From: an archaeon
GTDB lineage: Archaea; Iainarchaeota; Iainarchaeia; Iainarchaeales; Iainarchaeaceae
Length of the DNA stretch: 40,586 bases
Assembly: GCA_035289485.1 (NCBI GenBank)
Contig: DATDXA010000024.1
Coordinates: 1-40,586 of the forward strand
Direction: 5' to 3'
Part shown: positions 40,586-40,586 of the stretch, piece by piece
Layout: every line of letters begins with the position of its first letter
How positions within the stretch are numbered: the stretch's first letter is position 1
Position numbers and translations under genes: made by a program
Notes under the pieces: model-generated
The model's database searches: none
Seen by the model: the letters and a program-made list of their open reading frames with translations, nothing else
Told to the model about the DNA's origin: nothing

Positions 40586-40586
40586 T

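Overview
Archaeal chromosomal segment, probably from a DPANN lineage. Iainarchaeota/Diapherotrites is my best guess from protein-family recall, not from a search. From left to right it holds: the 3' end of one transposase followed by a complete IS6-family element; three small membrane-protein genes; four tRNA genes (Glu-CTC, plus Thr-TGT, Tyr-GTA and Asp-GTC with BHB introns, the Tyr intron being 126 nt); an operon of three Ig-like surface proteins (two of them Cys-rich) with a KaiC/RAD55 ATPase; a toxin-antitoxin patch; two RNA methyltransferases; a GT-C-like membrane protein; two giant paralogous surface lipoproteins (2668 and 1942 aa) separated by a lipoprotein, an AAA/DUF4143 ATPase and housekeeping genes; uppS; ogg; and a ribK-ribC-ribH riboflavin operon running off the right edge. 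Three things stand out. (1) The giant paralogs are mosaic. Each has a Cys-less DsbA domain, SH3-like and EF-hand modules, a hypervariable segment and a distal coiled coil plus amphipathic/hydrophobic tip, and one has a 775-aa S-layer-like insert; they are candidate host-attachment or membrane-penetration proteins. (2) A ~55-bp REP-like hairpin-plus-tail repeat occurs four times, three of them in parts of pre-tRNA that are processed away (two leaders, one intron). (3) The KaiC operon's two flanking membrane proteins share a cytoplasmic tail motif. I saw no CRISPR array, rRNA or reverse transcriptase.
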